DNA of 64,000 nt from contig CAYSZS010000002.1 in assembly GCA_964435575.1 (NCBI GenBank), positions 762 through 64,761 on the forward strand, given 5' to 3'. The number at the start of each line of letters is the position of its first letter. Position 1 is the stretch's first letter. This document shows, in pieces, positions 8,181-17,721 of this stretch. Under the pieces are notes generated by a model, which was not told the DNA's origin, did not search any database, and saw only the letters and a list, made by a program, of their open reading frames with translations. A program made the translations under genes and the position numbers. This DNA comes from an uncultured Gammaproteobacteria bacterium. GTDB taxonomy: Bacteria; Patescibacteriota; Microgenomatia; UBA8517.

Positions 8181-9902
8181 GTGAAGTTTATTATTGTCTC
8201 CGGTGGTGTACTATCTGGTCTCGGTAAGGGAGTAACTACGGCTTCAATTGGCCTCCTTCTTAAATCCCGCGGAATAAAAGTTACTGCCATGAAGTGTGAT
8301 ATGTACCTGAATATTGATGCTGGTACTATGAACCCTATTGAGCACGGTGAAGTCTTTGTTACCCACGACGGAGTTGAAACGGATCAAGACTTGGGTCATT
8401 ATGAACGCTTTATCAATGAAATTTTAACCAGGGAAAATTATTTGACAAACGGTCAGGTTTACAGGATTGTTTTGGACAAGGAAAGAGCTCTCGAGTACGG
8501 AGGTAAGTGCGTAGAGCCTTATCATCAAATACCTCCTGAAATAATTTTAAGATGGATTGCAGCAGGGCGAGTCCATAACGCCGACGTAGTTTTAATCGAA
8601 TTGGGCGGAACCGTTGGAGAGTATGAAGGACTTTTGTTTTTTGAAGCTGTTCGAAGAATTAAATTGAAAAGCCCCATGGATGTCATTTTGATTCATGTAG
8701 GCTATCTTCCTGTTCCTCCTTCAATCGGAGAGCTAAAATCAAAACCAATTCAACAGTCGGTTCAGATTTTAAATAGTTTAGGTTTAACGCCTGATATTAT
8801 AGTTGGGCGTGCAGAAAAAGAAATCGACCAAAAAAGGAAAGAAAAAATAGCTCTAGCATCCGGTGTTTTAGTAGAAAATATTATTTCAAACCCTGACGTT
8901 AATAGTATTTATGAAATCCCGATTGTTTTAAGAAAACAAAAGTTAGATGAAATAATTATTAAACAATTGGGTTTGAAAGCAAAAAGAGAAGATCTTCGGG
9001 ATTGGGAAATAATGCTGGAAAAATCCAAGAAAATCCGAGACGTTGTAAAAATTGGAATTGTCGGCAAATATCAAAAAACAGGTGATTATACTCTCGAAGA
9101 CAGTTACGTTTGTGTTGTTGAGAGTCTAAAACATGCAGGATTACATTTTAATGTACAACCGCGGTTTTCTTGGATTGATTCGGAAAGTTTGGAAGACTTA
9201 ACAGATTCTGAGATTAAGGATCGTTTGGGGGGAATGGATGCGATAGTGGTTCCTCAAGGGTGGGGAAGGCGTGGAGTCGAGGGGAAAATTAAAGCTGCAA
9301 AATATGCTCGGGAAAATAAACTTCCCTACCTTGGTCTTTGTTTTGGCATGCAAATGGCATCAATTGAGTTTGGCAGAAATGCCGTCGGACTTAAAAAAGC
9401 AAATTCTTCAGAGGTGGATCCAAGGACTCCTCATCCTGTTATTCATATAATGCCTAATCAACGAGATTATTTGAATAAAAAACAATATGGCGGAACGATT
9501 CGCCTTGGCGCTTGGCCCTGCGTAATTAGAAAAGGCACACTACTTGAAAAAGCTTATAAAAAATTTGGCGGAGGAAAATTCAGACCTTGGTACCAACCCA
9601 ATCCCCTGTTTAAAAACAAATCACCAATCACTAACCCGCCTGCCGGACGGGCAGGTCACGAATCACTAATCTTCGAGCGTCACCGCCACAGATACGAGTT
9701 TAATAATAAATACAAAAGGCTGTATGAAAAGAAAGGATTTGTTTTTTCAGGGACTTCACCGGACGGAAAGCTAGTTGAAGCAATTGAGTTGAAAGAACAT
9801 CCCTTTTTTGTCGGGACTCAATTCCACCCGGAATATTTGAGCCGTCCCCTATCCCCACATCCAATATTCTTATCCTTTATTGAAGCTATTGTGAATAAAT
9901 AG
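8181..9902 (+). CDS. pyrG: CTP synthase
   Basis: N-terminal synthetase domain (VSGGVLSGLGKG) and C-terminal GATase (GLCFGMQ); 573 aa; GTG start. Confidence 0.95.
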   Translation: MKFIIVSGGVLSGLGKGVTTASIGLLLKSRGIKVTAMKCDMYLNIDAGTMNPIEHGEVFVTHDGVETDQDLGHYERFINEILTRENYLTNGQVYRIVLDKERALEYGGKCVEPYHQIPPEIILRWIAAGRVHNADVVLIELGGTVGEYEGLLFFEAVRRIKLKSPMDVILIHVGYLPVPPSIGELKSKPIQQSVQILNSLGLTPDIIVGRAEKEIDQKRKEKIALASGVLVENIISNPDVNSIYEIPIVLRKQKLDEIIIKQLGLKAKREDLRDWEIMLEKSKKIRDVVKIGIVGKYQKTGDYTLEDSYVCVVESLKHAGLHFNVQPRFSWIDSESLEDLTDSEIKDRLGGMDAIVVPQGWGRRGVEGKIKAAKYARENKLPYLGLCFGMQMASIEFGRNAVGLKKANSSEVDPRTPHPVIHIMPNQRDYLNKKQYGGTIRLGAWPCVIRKGTLLEKAYKKFGGGKFRPWYQPNPLFKNKSPITNPPAGRAGHESLIFERHRHRYEFNNKYKRLYEKKGFVFSGTSPDGKLVEAIELKEHPFFVGTQFHPEYLSRPLSPHPIFLSFIEAIVNK

Positions 9903-10024
9903 TAAAATATACATGTATTCGTAATTATTTAAACAAAATTCCGTAGGAATTTTGAGAGGAGAAATTACGAAACGATAAGCAATAAGCGTAAGCGTATTGT
10001 GATAAGTGAAGTATATTTCGACGA

Positions 10025-10112
10025 GCCGAGGTGGCGGAATTGGTAGACGCGAGGGCCTTAAGAGCCCTTGTCCCGATGGGACGTGGGGGTTCGAGTCCCC
10101 CTTTCGGCACCA
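10025..10112 (+). tRNA. tRNA-Leu(TAA), type II, CCA encoded
   Basis: GCCGAGG..GCGGAATTGGTAGACGC..AGGGC-CTTAAGA-GCCCT, long variable arm, T-arm GGGGGTTCGAGTCCCCC, CCA. Confidence 0.9.
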
Positions 10113-10195
10113 CGGAGTGTGGCTCAGTTGGCAGAGCGCGCGCTTTGGGAGCGCGAGGTCCCCGGTTCGAATCCGGGCACTCCGACTCAATATTA
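10113..10195 (+). tRNA. tRNA-Pro(TGG), immediately abutting tRNA-Leu
   Basis: CGGAGTG..GCTCAGTTGGCAGAGC..CGCGC-TTTGGGA-GCGCG..CCCGGTTCGAATCCGGG-CACTCCG-A. Confidence 0.85.
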
Positions 10196-10249
10196 TTTGT
10201 TAAAAAGTTGTAAGCTTAAGCGGGCCTGCCCGCCGAAGCTTCAGCGTAG

Positions 10250-10323
10250 GCGGGATTAGTTGAGCGGTTCAACATTTGCTTTCCAAGCAAAGAAGAGGGG
10301 TTCGACTCCCCTATCCCGCTCCA
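10250..10323 (+). tRNA. tRNA-Gly(TCC), CCA encoded
   Basis: GCGGGAT..GTTGAGCGGTTCAAC..TTTGC-TTTCCAA-GCAAA..AGGGGTTCGACTCCCCT-ATCCCGC-T-CCA. Confidence 0.85.
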
Positions 10324-10381
10324 CTAGCATTAAGGGACAAGCTCTGCTTATAACGCCCCCAGCTGTGCGAAGAGAAGGAAG

Positions 10382-11329
10382 TTACTTTTCTTTTCCGACT
10401 ATAATGATTACGTCGTAAGTGGAGTCTTCTTCAAGAGTAGTATCGGATTTAACGACGTCATAAGTATCTGAAAGAGCACTCCTTATTTCATCAAAGACTT
10501 TTTCGGACAAATCTTTTTTTAGACTGATAGAAGTAGCGGTATAGTCGTATGACTGGGCATTTCCGGTTGTTATTTTATCTTCCATAAAACCACTTTCTGT
10601 GAGCAAATCTTTTGCCTTCCCCGCTACCCCTGCTGTTCCGGAGCCGTTAAGAACGCTGAGAGTTAGAGTGCTTATATCAACCTCTGTCTCCGGCTCCTGA
10701 GTCGGGCTGGGCGTTGAAGTTTCCTCCTTTTCAGGAGTTTCACTAATAGATTCCTCGCTAACCGATTGTTTATAATAGAAAATTCCTCCTACCAAAGCTC
10801 CCAAGATAAGAAGAATGATTAGAGTAAAAACTATAAACTTTGTATTTGGTCCGCCTTTTTTCTCTACCTCTTTTGTCGTATCCGGTCTGACTTCTTTGAG
10901 CCACTCTTTTATTTCGTCGGAGGATACATCCTCTTTCCCCTTTCCTTTTTCCTCGGTCATTTCTTGAGTAGGTGTTTCAGATTCAGACAGATCTTCCTTT
11001 TCCTTTTGAGGCTCCGGAGTTAGAACGCTTTCACTGGACTTGGCGGCACCCTCTGCTCCTGAAGCGATATCAGACGATTTTTGAGAATCAAGCTGACTAA
11101 ATGACGTTATTTTCGGAGTATCCTGAGAAGTTGATGCTCGAAGCTTGGTTTCTTCCTCATCTCTTGGTTTTGTTTCAGCTATACTTTCCGTAGATTCTTT
11201 CGCTGGAAGTTGAGTTTCAACTTCTTCCGGTTCTTCACTTATCTCCTCTACTTTTATTTTTGGTTTTGTCGCTTTGGTTTTATCAGCCATGCTTTTACCA
11301 TTGTGAAACATTTGGGGTTGCTTTGTCAA
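10382..11329 (-). CDS. LytR_C (LytR/CpsA/Psr C-terminal) domain protein with acidic disordered N-terminus and one TM segment
   Basis: C-terminal VLNGSGTAGVAGKAKDLL...GNA...TT pattern typical of LytR_C. E/S/T-rich low-complexity N-terminus. TM segment FIVFTLIILLILGALVGGIFYY. Confidence 0.55.
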   Translation of the reverse strand: MTKQPQMFHNGKSMADKTKATKPKIKVEEISEEPEEVETQLPAKESTESIAETKPRDEEETKLRASTSQDTPKITSFSQLDSQKSSDIASGAEGAAKSSESVLTPEPQKEKEDLSESETPTQEMTEEKGKGKEDVSSDEIKEWLKEVRPDTTKEVEKKGGPNTKFIVFTLIILLILGALVGGIFYYKQSVSEESISETPEKEETSTPSPTQEPETEVDISTLTLSVLNGSGTAGVAGKAKDLLTESGFMEDKITTGNAQSYDYTATSISLKKDLSEKVFDEIRSALSDTYDVVKSDTTLEEDSTYDVIIIVGKEK

Positions 11330-11370
11330 TACACCTGGGATTTGATAAAATACAAGGTGTAATTATTCAA

Positions 11371-11444
11371 GGTGGTGTGTGCCGAACGGTTTAGGCGCTG
11401 CTTTGTGGAGGCAGTTTTAGCGGGTTCGACTCCCGTACACCACC
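11371..11444 (+). tRNA. tRNA-His(GTG) with genomically encoded G-1
   Basis: Extra 5' G pairing with discriminator C (8-bp acceptor G-GTGGTGT/ACACCAC-C). Anticodon stem CTGCT/GGCAG with loop TTGTGGA. T-arm GCGGGTTCGACTCCCGT. Confidence 0.85.
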
Positions 11445-11521
11445 CAAGTTTTCTAGCCTCAAGCAAATATATTGAATTATTCCTACTTAAAATCGCGCTC
11501 GAACCAAAATATAATACTTTT

Positions 11522-12211
11522 ATGCAGGTAAAGATTCTTTCCTGGAATATTTGGATTGACAGCTACTTTGATCAAATAAAAGAATTTCTTAAAAGCTCCC
11601 AGGCAGATGTTATCGGCCTTCAAGAAGTAAGAGAAGATGACCCATCGAGAGAAACGATTAAGTATCTGAACTCGTTAGGTTACCAGCTAGTATTTGCACC
11701 TACTGAGAAGGACTGGGGAGAGAAAGTTTGGAGTGATGGGCCAGCGGTCTTCACTAATTACGATATAGCGTCTTCAAAAAAATATATTTTGTCAGAAGAA
11801 GGCATGCATGCTGCTGCTCAAGCTGATATTAAAATCGGAGATAAAATATTGCATGTGTTTAGCACGCACCTCACCCACACCCACCAGAAGGACTCAGTCG
11901 CTCAACTACAGCAAGCTGAAGAACTTATGAAACACATACCATCTGAGATGTCAGTTTTAATGGGAGATTTTAATGCAACTCCAGAAAGTATCACCATACA
12001 AAGAGTGAAAACCCAGTTGGTAGATACGGATTCAAAAGACCAACCAACATGGAGTGTTTACCCCCAAGGTTGTATTATATGTAATCCTCAAGAAATAGAT
12101 TTTCGACTAGATTATATATTTACTACGAAAGATATAAAAACTCATTCTTATAAAGTTGAGGATTCTAAGGGTTCCGATCATCTACCGATTTCAGTAATTG
12201 TAGAATTATAA
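11522..12211 (+). CDS. Endonuclease/exonuclease/phosphatase (EEP) family protein
   Basis: ILSWNIW at the N-terminus and SDHLPISVIVEL at the C-terminus. The upstream part of the longer ORF is the tRNA-His. Confidence 0.7.
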   Translation: MQVKILSWNIWIDSYFDQIKEFLKSSQADVIGLQEVREDDPSRETIKYLNSLGYQLVFAPTEKDWGEKVWSDGPAVFTNYDIASSKKYILSEEGMHAAAQADIKIGDKILHVFSTHLTHTHQKDSVAQLQQAEELMKHIPSEMSVLMGDFNATPESITIQRVKTQLVDTDSKDQPTWSVYPQGCIICNPQEIDFRLDYIFTTKDIKTHSYKVEDSKGSDHLPISVIVEL

Positions 12212-12261
12212 TACAGCAACATACGAGTTTTTATGAAACTCAATTTCTTTAAGTGACATGT

Positions 12262-12289
12262 TGTTATAATAAGTCCGAACATCGTTCGG
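12262..12289 (+). promoter_or_regulatory. Extended -10 promoter (TGtTATAAT) followed at +5 by the perfect palindrome CCGAACATCGTTCGG (Cheo-box-like, GAAC-N3-GTTC)
   Basis: Read directly; the gene at 12354 is ~65 nt downstream. Confidence 0.35.
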
Positions 12290-12353
12290 TAGGCTACCCC
12301 AATTAGCCTCAAATGTTGTTTGACTTACCCATTAAATAGTGAAATACTGAAGT

Positions 12354-13217
12354 GTGAGACAAAAAGGTTTTGCACATTTATTTGTAATAATAGCAATTTT
12401 TATTATTGGTTTAGGAGGAGTAGGATATTCAATCTATAAAAAAACTACAGAAAGGAATCAAAGTCAACAAGTTTCTGAGACCATTCCAACAGAAGAAAAT
12501 CAAACACCCGCTTTGAGTCCAACCTCGGACCAAAAGCCGACTCCTTTGAGTAAACCAAAAATAACGTCTACAAATACACCCGTTCCAACTACACAATCTT
12601 ACAACGGAGTATGCGATGTAATCACACTTGCCGGATCAAATCCAAACGAGGTTGTACTTACATATAGTCTTACCTCCTCCGGTGGAAGGTACATGAAAGA
12701 GGCAAGATGGGATTTGAATAACGACGGACAATGGGATCATGATTTTAGCTCTTCAAATGCCCAAGTAACTACAAATTTAACTAGCGGCAATAGTAAAACT
12801 GTACGATTACAACTAAAACTCTCTGATAACACTTTTACTAACGCCTGTATAAAAAACATTTCTGCTCCATCTGGCACCTGGATTACCATCTGGGGTTATG
12901 TATTCTCGGATAATAATTGTAGCGGTTTTATGGACAGTTCAGAAAGTGGAATTGTAGATGTTCCCGTGAGGATCACCAAAATTTCAGACTATAGTACTTA
13001 TGGTACGACAAATACAGACGGCGGTGGAAAATTCTCTTACACCTCTCTTTTAAACGAACTTATAGAAATGACTGTAACAATGACTTCACCGTCGGGATAC
13101 AAAAGTCATCCCACCCACATTATAGGAAGCTCTCTAATGGGTTATGGAAAAAACACAAATGTTCAAATGAACATTCCTCAAGTTCCATACGCAAGTGTGG
13201 GTCAATGTAGTTTTTAA
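12354..13217 (+). CDS. Secreted/anchored hypothetical protein with a CarbopepD_reg/Cna-B-like beta-sandwich region
   Basis: N-terminal TM segment FAHLFVIIAIFIIGLGGVGY. T/S/P-rich linker. GYVFSDNNCSGF...TNTDGGGKFSY resembles a carboxypeptidase regulatory-like domain. Confidence 0.45.
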   Translation: MRQKGFAHLFVIIAIFIIGLGGVGYSIYKKTTERNQSQQVSETIPTEENQTPALSPTSDQKPTPLSKPKITSTNTPVPTTQSYNGVCDVITLAGSNPNEVVLTYSLTSSGGRYMKEARWDLNNDGQWDHDFSSSNAQVTTNLTSGNSKTVRLQLKLSDNTFTNACIKNISAPSGTWITIWGYVFSDNNCSGFMDSSESGIVDVPVRITKISDYSTYGTTNTDGGGKFSYTSLLNELIEMTVTMTSPSGYKSHPTHIIGSSLMGYGKNTNVQMNIPQVPYASVGQCSF

Positions 13218-13369
13218 GAAGTTACGAAAAATGGATAGACTTTTATATAAATAATATAATAAAACTGCTTTTCAATAGCTTCAAGCGAAACGCTAAATTC
13301 GATTTCTTTGTTCAAGAATAAGTCCTTTAGACGACTCAGGGATACAAGATTGTAAGGTTTATCTACAGG

Positions 13370-13603
13370 CTACAATCCGCGTTCGTTGTTAATTGTACCT
13401 TCAGGGTTGATTTCTTCATTGAGCCTTTTAAGATTTATGTACACTTTTCTCAAATTTTCTATCATTTTCGGTTTAAGTCCGCCGTGCATACTTTCTGAAA
13501 ATCCAGCCACTTCGTGCCAAACGGGACATTCAGGGCCGTTAATCCAATACATTTGGTGAGTTTTGAGATTGCAATTAAAACATCTTCTTATACTTGGCTG
13601 CAT
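13370..13603 (-). CDS. Small Cys/His-rich hypothetical protein (possible zinc-binding)
   Basis: CFNC...ECPVWHE; 77 aa. Confidence 0.35.
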   Translation of the reverse strand: MQPSIRRCFNCNLKTHQMYWINGPECPVWHEVAGFSESMHGGLKPKMIENLRKVYINLKRLNEEINPEGTINNERGL

Positions 13604-13656
13604 TTATACGCGATTATTACATTTACGGAAATATTTTGCTAATATTTATTATAACA

Positions 13657-14097
13657 ATGCAAAGTCAAACACCTACGACACAAAAACCTTCTCAAGATAA
13701 TCAAACTGCCAATTCTGATACTCAAAGTAATTTCACAATTTTAATTGTCGAGGATGATCAGGTTTTGATGAAAATGTATACCCAGAAACTGGTTTCTGAA
13801 GGTTTTAAGGTGCTAAATGCAGTCGACGGAGAGGAAGCTTTTGCTGTTTTTGTCAAAGAAAAAATCGACCTAATAATAACCGACATCATGCTTCCCAGAG
13901 TTTCGGGAATTGAGTTTTTACAAAAAATAAGGGTTACTCCAAAAGGTAAAAACGTACCTGTTATAGTTTGGTCAAACTTAATGCTGGAAGAAGAGAAGAA
14001 ACAAGCTCTTGCCCTTGGAGCCAACGAATATGTTGTCAAAGGTCAACTAAAGTTGGAGGATATGGCTGCGCTCGTCAGGAAATATATGACGAGCTAA
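13657..14097 (+). CDS. Single-domain response regulator (CheY-like REC) with a short Q/T-rich N-terminal tail
   Basis: ILIVEDD...D(phospho-acceptor)IMLP...T...K pattern; no output domain. Confidence 0.75.
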   Translation: MQSQTPTTQKPSQDNQTANSDTQSNFTILIVEDDQVLMKMYTQKLVSEGFKVLNAVDGEEAFAVFVKEKIDLIITDIMLPRVSGIEFLQKIRVTPKGKNVPVIVWSNLMLEEEKKQALALGANEYVVKGQLKLEDMAALVRKYMTS

Positions 14098-14102
14098 AAA
14101 GT

Positions 14103-14381
14103 TCAGTAGTTTACGCTAAAGTGTTTATCTTTATATTTTTCGTAGGAGATAAATTTTTTTGCGACTTCCTTATCAACTTTCTGAATTTCAACTATTACTC
14201 TGTCTCTAATTTGGAGTGAGGTTACTTGGGGCTTTTCCCTTTCCAGAAGCCATGTGCTAATTCTTTCTGTTAGCTTTAGGCTAGCTACTTGATCAAGGCC
14301 AGCCGCTTTTAGTACCCTTATTATTTTTTCGGGGTTATATGCTTCTAATTTTCCGTTTCTTTTGACAACCTTAATGTCCAT
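14103..14381 (-). CDS. Stand-alone ATP-cone domain protein
   Basis: MDIKVVKRNGKLEAYNPEKIIRVLKAAG... matches ATP-cone (NrdR/RNR N-terminal). 92 aa. Convergent, 5 nt from the REC gene stop. Confidence 0.7.
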   Translation of the reverse strand: MDIKVVKRNGKLEAYNPEKIIRVLKAAGLDQVASLKLTERISTWLLEREKPQVTSLQIRDRVIVEIQKVDKEVAKKFISYEKYKDKHFSVNY

Positions 14382-14495
14382 TTATGTTCATTTCCAAGCC
14401 TAGTTAAGTATAGCAGTATATCTTTATTGATGTAAACCCCACCGGTTTCGTTAATTGGGACTGAACTGTTTGGTGATATAATTGAACGAAATCAC

Positions 14496-16211
14496 GTGGT
14501 AACCATATACGAAAATCAGGATTTACAAGTCGAGAAAGCCGAATTGGACAGTAATAGAGATATTTCAAATAAAGATTCGTCAACTCCCGATTCCGAATCC
14601 GGACTATCGAATTTCATTGAAAAGTTCCTTTCTACGTTTGAGAAAAAACTTTCCGTTCTGAAAAAAGACGGCGAACCCACTGTTCAGGTCAGCGAGGTAT
14701 TGGGAGGCTTGGCAAGGCTTTATGAGCGTATTCGAACGACGGTTGAATATAAAGGCGAACACGTTTTAAGAAGAAATGCCATTGAGAGGATTTTAAAAAG
14801 ATTGGTTTGGCAGGAAGAGAGTGTCAGAACCGATGTAAAAAACCGTCGGGTGGCCGAATCTCTGCTGAAAGAGCTAATCTGGGCTCGCTATCTTCCCAAT
14901 AACGCCGTACCCAAAAGTATCATTGATGTTGTTGAGAGGACGGTCGATAAATACATTTATTTTTTGAGAAATCTTGACGATCTTCCCTCAGGAATTTCAG
15001 AAACCAAAGTCAGAAATTGGATTTGGGGAGTAGCATCGAGCGAGATTGAGGATATAGTTGATCCTTCTTATCGGGAGCTGTATGTGCAATTAATGTATGA
15101 CTGGTTTATTGACACTTTTAATTGGGAAGAGCCGGGACTGGATGAACACGATAAGCAAATTCAAATTTACCTGGCAATCCATAGAGCTTTCACCAAATCG
15201 GATGACTCAATAATGAGGTATCATTTGCTTTTAAAAGAGGAGCCCGATTGGCAAAACGCCGAGAGGAGTGAAATAAATAAGTTTATACTCAAATTTTCTG
15301 ATATCTATTCTGAAATAGAGGGGCACCTAAATTTTACCGGAAGACTCGCTCTTTATAGGAAAATACAAAGAAACGCTGCTGCATTTGACGTTTTTAGAGA
15401 AATTGCATCAAAAGAAAAGTTAAAGCTTAGGGAATTAATCAATAATAAAGCCAAATTTGAAGAAAGGGTAAGAAATGAGTGCGATACGAAATATAAGCAG
15501 ATGGCAAAGCGCGTGAGTACTGGAATTATAAGAAGCATAATCTATATTTTTTTGACAAAGGTCGTCTTTGCGATGCTCATTGAAATCCCTTATGAAGTTT
15601 TTATGTACGGGGACGTCCGTTATATCCCACTGGCAATTAACATGATAATCCCGCCTTCAATGATGTGGCTTATCGGCTTTTCTATCCAGGTACCGGGTGC
15701 CAAAAATACAGAAAGTATCGTAACAAGACTTTCGTCGGTTTTATACAAAGAACGTGATAAAGTGAAACAGATTTTCTCGCTCAGAAAGCTTAAACGAAAT
15801 ACAGTCCTTTCTACTTTATTCGGAATTTTATACTCTTTTATTTTTATCACGGTTTTCGGCGGTATTACCTATGTATTGACAATACTTAACTTCAGCATCT
15901 TCGGCATTTTGATCTTCTTTATGTTTTTATCTTTGGTCATGCTTTTTGCATTCAGGGTGAGATTTAACGCAAGTCAACTGAGAGTTGGAAGCGAGGACGA
16001 AGGGTTTTTAGGTCATTTAACCAGCTACTTTACTCTCCCCTTTTTAAATTTTGGATTTTATCTTTCCCGGGGTCTTGCAAAGCTCAACTTTTTTACGATA
16101 CTTTTGGATTTTTTAATAGAAATACCTTTGAAGAACATAATCGAAGTTTTTGAAGAGTGGACCTCATTTTTGAGGGAGAAAAAAGAAGAAGTGGTTGAAA
16201 TACCGGAATAA
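14496..16211 (+). CDS. Hypothetical protein with ~350-aa soluble N-terminal region and multi-TM C-terminal region
   Basis: No recognisable motifs; hydrophobic helices from ~residue 350. Confidence 0.45.
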   Translation: MVTIYENQDLQVEKAELDSNRDISNKDSSTPDSESGLSNFIEKFLSTFEKKLSVLKKDGEPTVQVSEVLGGLARLYERIRTTVEYKGEHVLRRNAIERILKRLVWQEESVRTDVKNRRVAESLLKELIWARYLPNNAVPKSIIDVVERTVDKYIYFLRNLDDLPSGISETKVRNWIWGVASSEIEDIVDPSYRELYVQLMYDWFIDTFNWEEPGLDEHDKQIQIYLAIHRAFTKSDDSIMRYHLLLKEEPDWQNAERSEINKFILKFSDIYSEIEGHLNFTGRLALYRKIQRNAAAFDVFREIASKEKLKLRELINNKAKFEERVRNECDTKYKQMAKRVSTGIIRSIIYIFLTKVVFAMLIEIPYEVFMYGDVRYIPLAINMIIPPSMMWLIGFSIQVPGAKNTESIVTRLSSVLYKERDKVKQIFSLRKLKRNTVLSTLFGILYSFIFITVFGGITYVLTILNFSIFGILIFFMFLSLVMLFAFRVRFNASQLRVGSEDEGFLGHLTSYFTLPFLNFGFYLSRGLAKLNFFTILLDFLIEIPLKNIIEVFEEWTSFLREKKEEVVEIPE

Positions 16212-16390
16212 TTAAATTCCTAAATTCTAATATCTAAATCCTAAACAAATTTAAATTTTTCAAAATCAAATGTACTAAACTTATTTAAAGAATTATACTT
16301 TTGAATTTTGATATTGTTTAGAATTTGGTGCTTAGAGATTAGAGTTTTAACTATTTTGGATAATTCGGATGCCATTCGGGTAATTTCGCA

Positions 16391-17710
16391 CTATTTCCTG
16401 CCTACAGTAAAATATGTTGGGTGATATAAAAAAGCTGCCGGGGCGTCTTCTAACAAAAAGCGCTGAAAATCAAAATATATTTTTTTCCTTTCCTCGATAT
16501 TCAGTTCCTTTCTTCCATCCTCTAAAAGTTTATCGATTCTGGGATTAGTGTATTTGGTAATGTTTGTTGCGCTCTGAGTCGAATGCCATAGAGGGTATTG
16601 GTCGGGATCTTTGGGCATATCAAGAATCGTTAAGTAGGCCTGAAATTCGCTGGGTATGATTGATGATACCTGTACCAGAGATTTAACCCCAACTTCTTCC
16701 CAGTTTTTTGATATTTGTTCGGCGGTTGGCAGTAAGTGTGCAGCACTTACTAATTTTATTTCTAAATTTTTCTTTGCTTCTAACTCCAGTTCATCTATGA
16801 GCTCCTGAGCCCTATTGGGATCATACGAGTACTCTTTTACTTGGGGATTAAAAGCCCATGAGTTAGGTGAGATTGGGCCTAGAGACCTTTCCCCGAAACT
16901 TTCTTTATTGATTGCATAGGTTAAGGCTTGTCTTATTGCCTTTTCAGAAAGTAATGAGTCTTGGGTGTTAAAAAAAAGTACGACGGCCTGATTTTTATCA
17001 GAGCTTGTAACAACTTCTGCATTTTTCCAAGTATCAAACGGTTGTGGATGCAATAAGCCCTGAAGATTATCCACCTCTCCCAGTTTATATGCGAGTTTGG
17101 TTCTTTCGATAGTCGGATAAAACTTGAATATTTTTTTGTCTTTAGCAGCGTTAACAAGAGTGATTGTTTCTACAAAGCTTCCTGAAACCAAAATATTTTC
17201 GACTTTCCATTCTCCTACTCCAAGTAGGCCTTTTCTAAAAGTTGGTTTTGAGACCGCTGCGGGGAAAGGCACGTAAGGTTCTTTGAGTTTAAAAATGATT
17301 GTTGACGCGTCTGGTTTTTCGATTTCTACATCGGAAAACTCGTAAAGCAGGCTTTGGCTCTCGACCGTTTTTCCGTCCTGCCAAAGCGTGTCTTTTTTAA
17401 GATGGAAAATCCAAGTTTTCCCTTTATCGGGTGTTTCCCATGAAGAGGCCAGGCTGGGTTCGATTATGCCCTCTTCCCCGGTCTTGGTCAGACCATCGCT
17501 GACCAAGTCTAATATCTCTTCGGGTAAATTGTCTGAATGGTAGCGACCCATTACGCCAATCCTTTCTGTTTTCCCCTTGAGCATTGTTAAGCTAATTAGT
17601 CTGGCTAGAAAAAATATGGCAATGCCCATGATTATTCCAAGAAAAATTAGACCTTTGAAGCGAGAAAGATAGGCAAAAACCAGTCTAAGAGAAAAGCGAA
17701 AGCTTGCCAT
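16391..17710 (-). CDS. ABC transporter substrate-binding protein, family 5 (peptide/nickel, OppA-like), membrane anchored
   Basis: N-terminal TM, then SBP_bac_5-like sequence (GVMGRYHSDNLPEE..., WQDGKTV). No adjacent permease genes. Confidence 0.65.
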   Translation of the reverse strand: MASFRFSLRLVFAYLSRFKGLIFLGIIMGIAIFFLARLISLTMLKGKTERIGVMGRYHSDNLPEEILDLVSDGLTKTGEEGIIEPSLASSWETPDKGKTWIFHLKKDTLWQDGKTVESQSLLYEFSDVEIEKPDASTIIFKLKEPYVPFPAAVSKPTFRKGLLGVGEWKVENILVSGSFVETITLVNAAKDKKIFKFYPTIERTKLAYKLGEVDNLQGLLHPQPFDTWKNAEVVTSSDKNQAVVLFFNTQDSLLSEKAIRQALTYAINKESFGERSLGPISPNSWAFNPQVKEYSYDPNRAQELIDELELEAKKNLEIKLVSAAHLLPTAEQISKNWEEVGVKSLVQVSSIIPSEFQAYLTILDMPKDPDQYPLWHSTQSATNITKYTNPRIDKLLEDGRKELNIEERKKIYFDFQRFLLEDAPAAFLYHPTYFTVGRK

Positions 17711-17721
17711 AAAATAAATTT

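Noticed and set aside
9870-10259. Cluster of short ORFs on both strands at 9870-10259
   Set aside because: They coincide with the tRNA-Leu/Pro/Gly genes. GC-rich tRNA sequence gives spurious open frames.
11372-11521. Upstream extension of the EEP gene (MVCAERF...)
   Set aside because: It is the tRNA-His gene; the real start is ATG at 11522.
16212-16390. Low-complexity CTAAAT-rich spacer
   Set aside because: Simple AT-rich sequence without clear periodicity or secondary structure.
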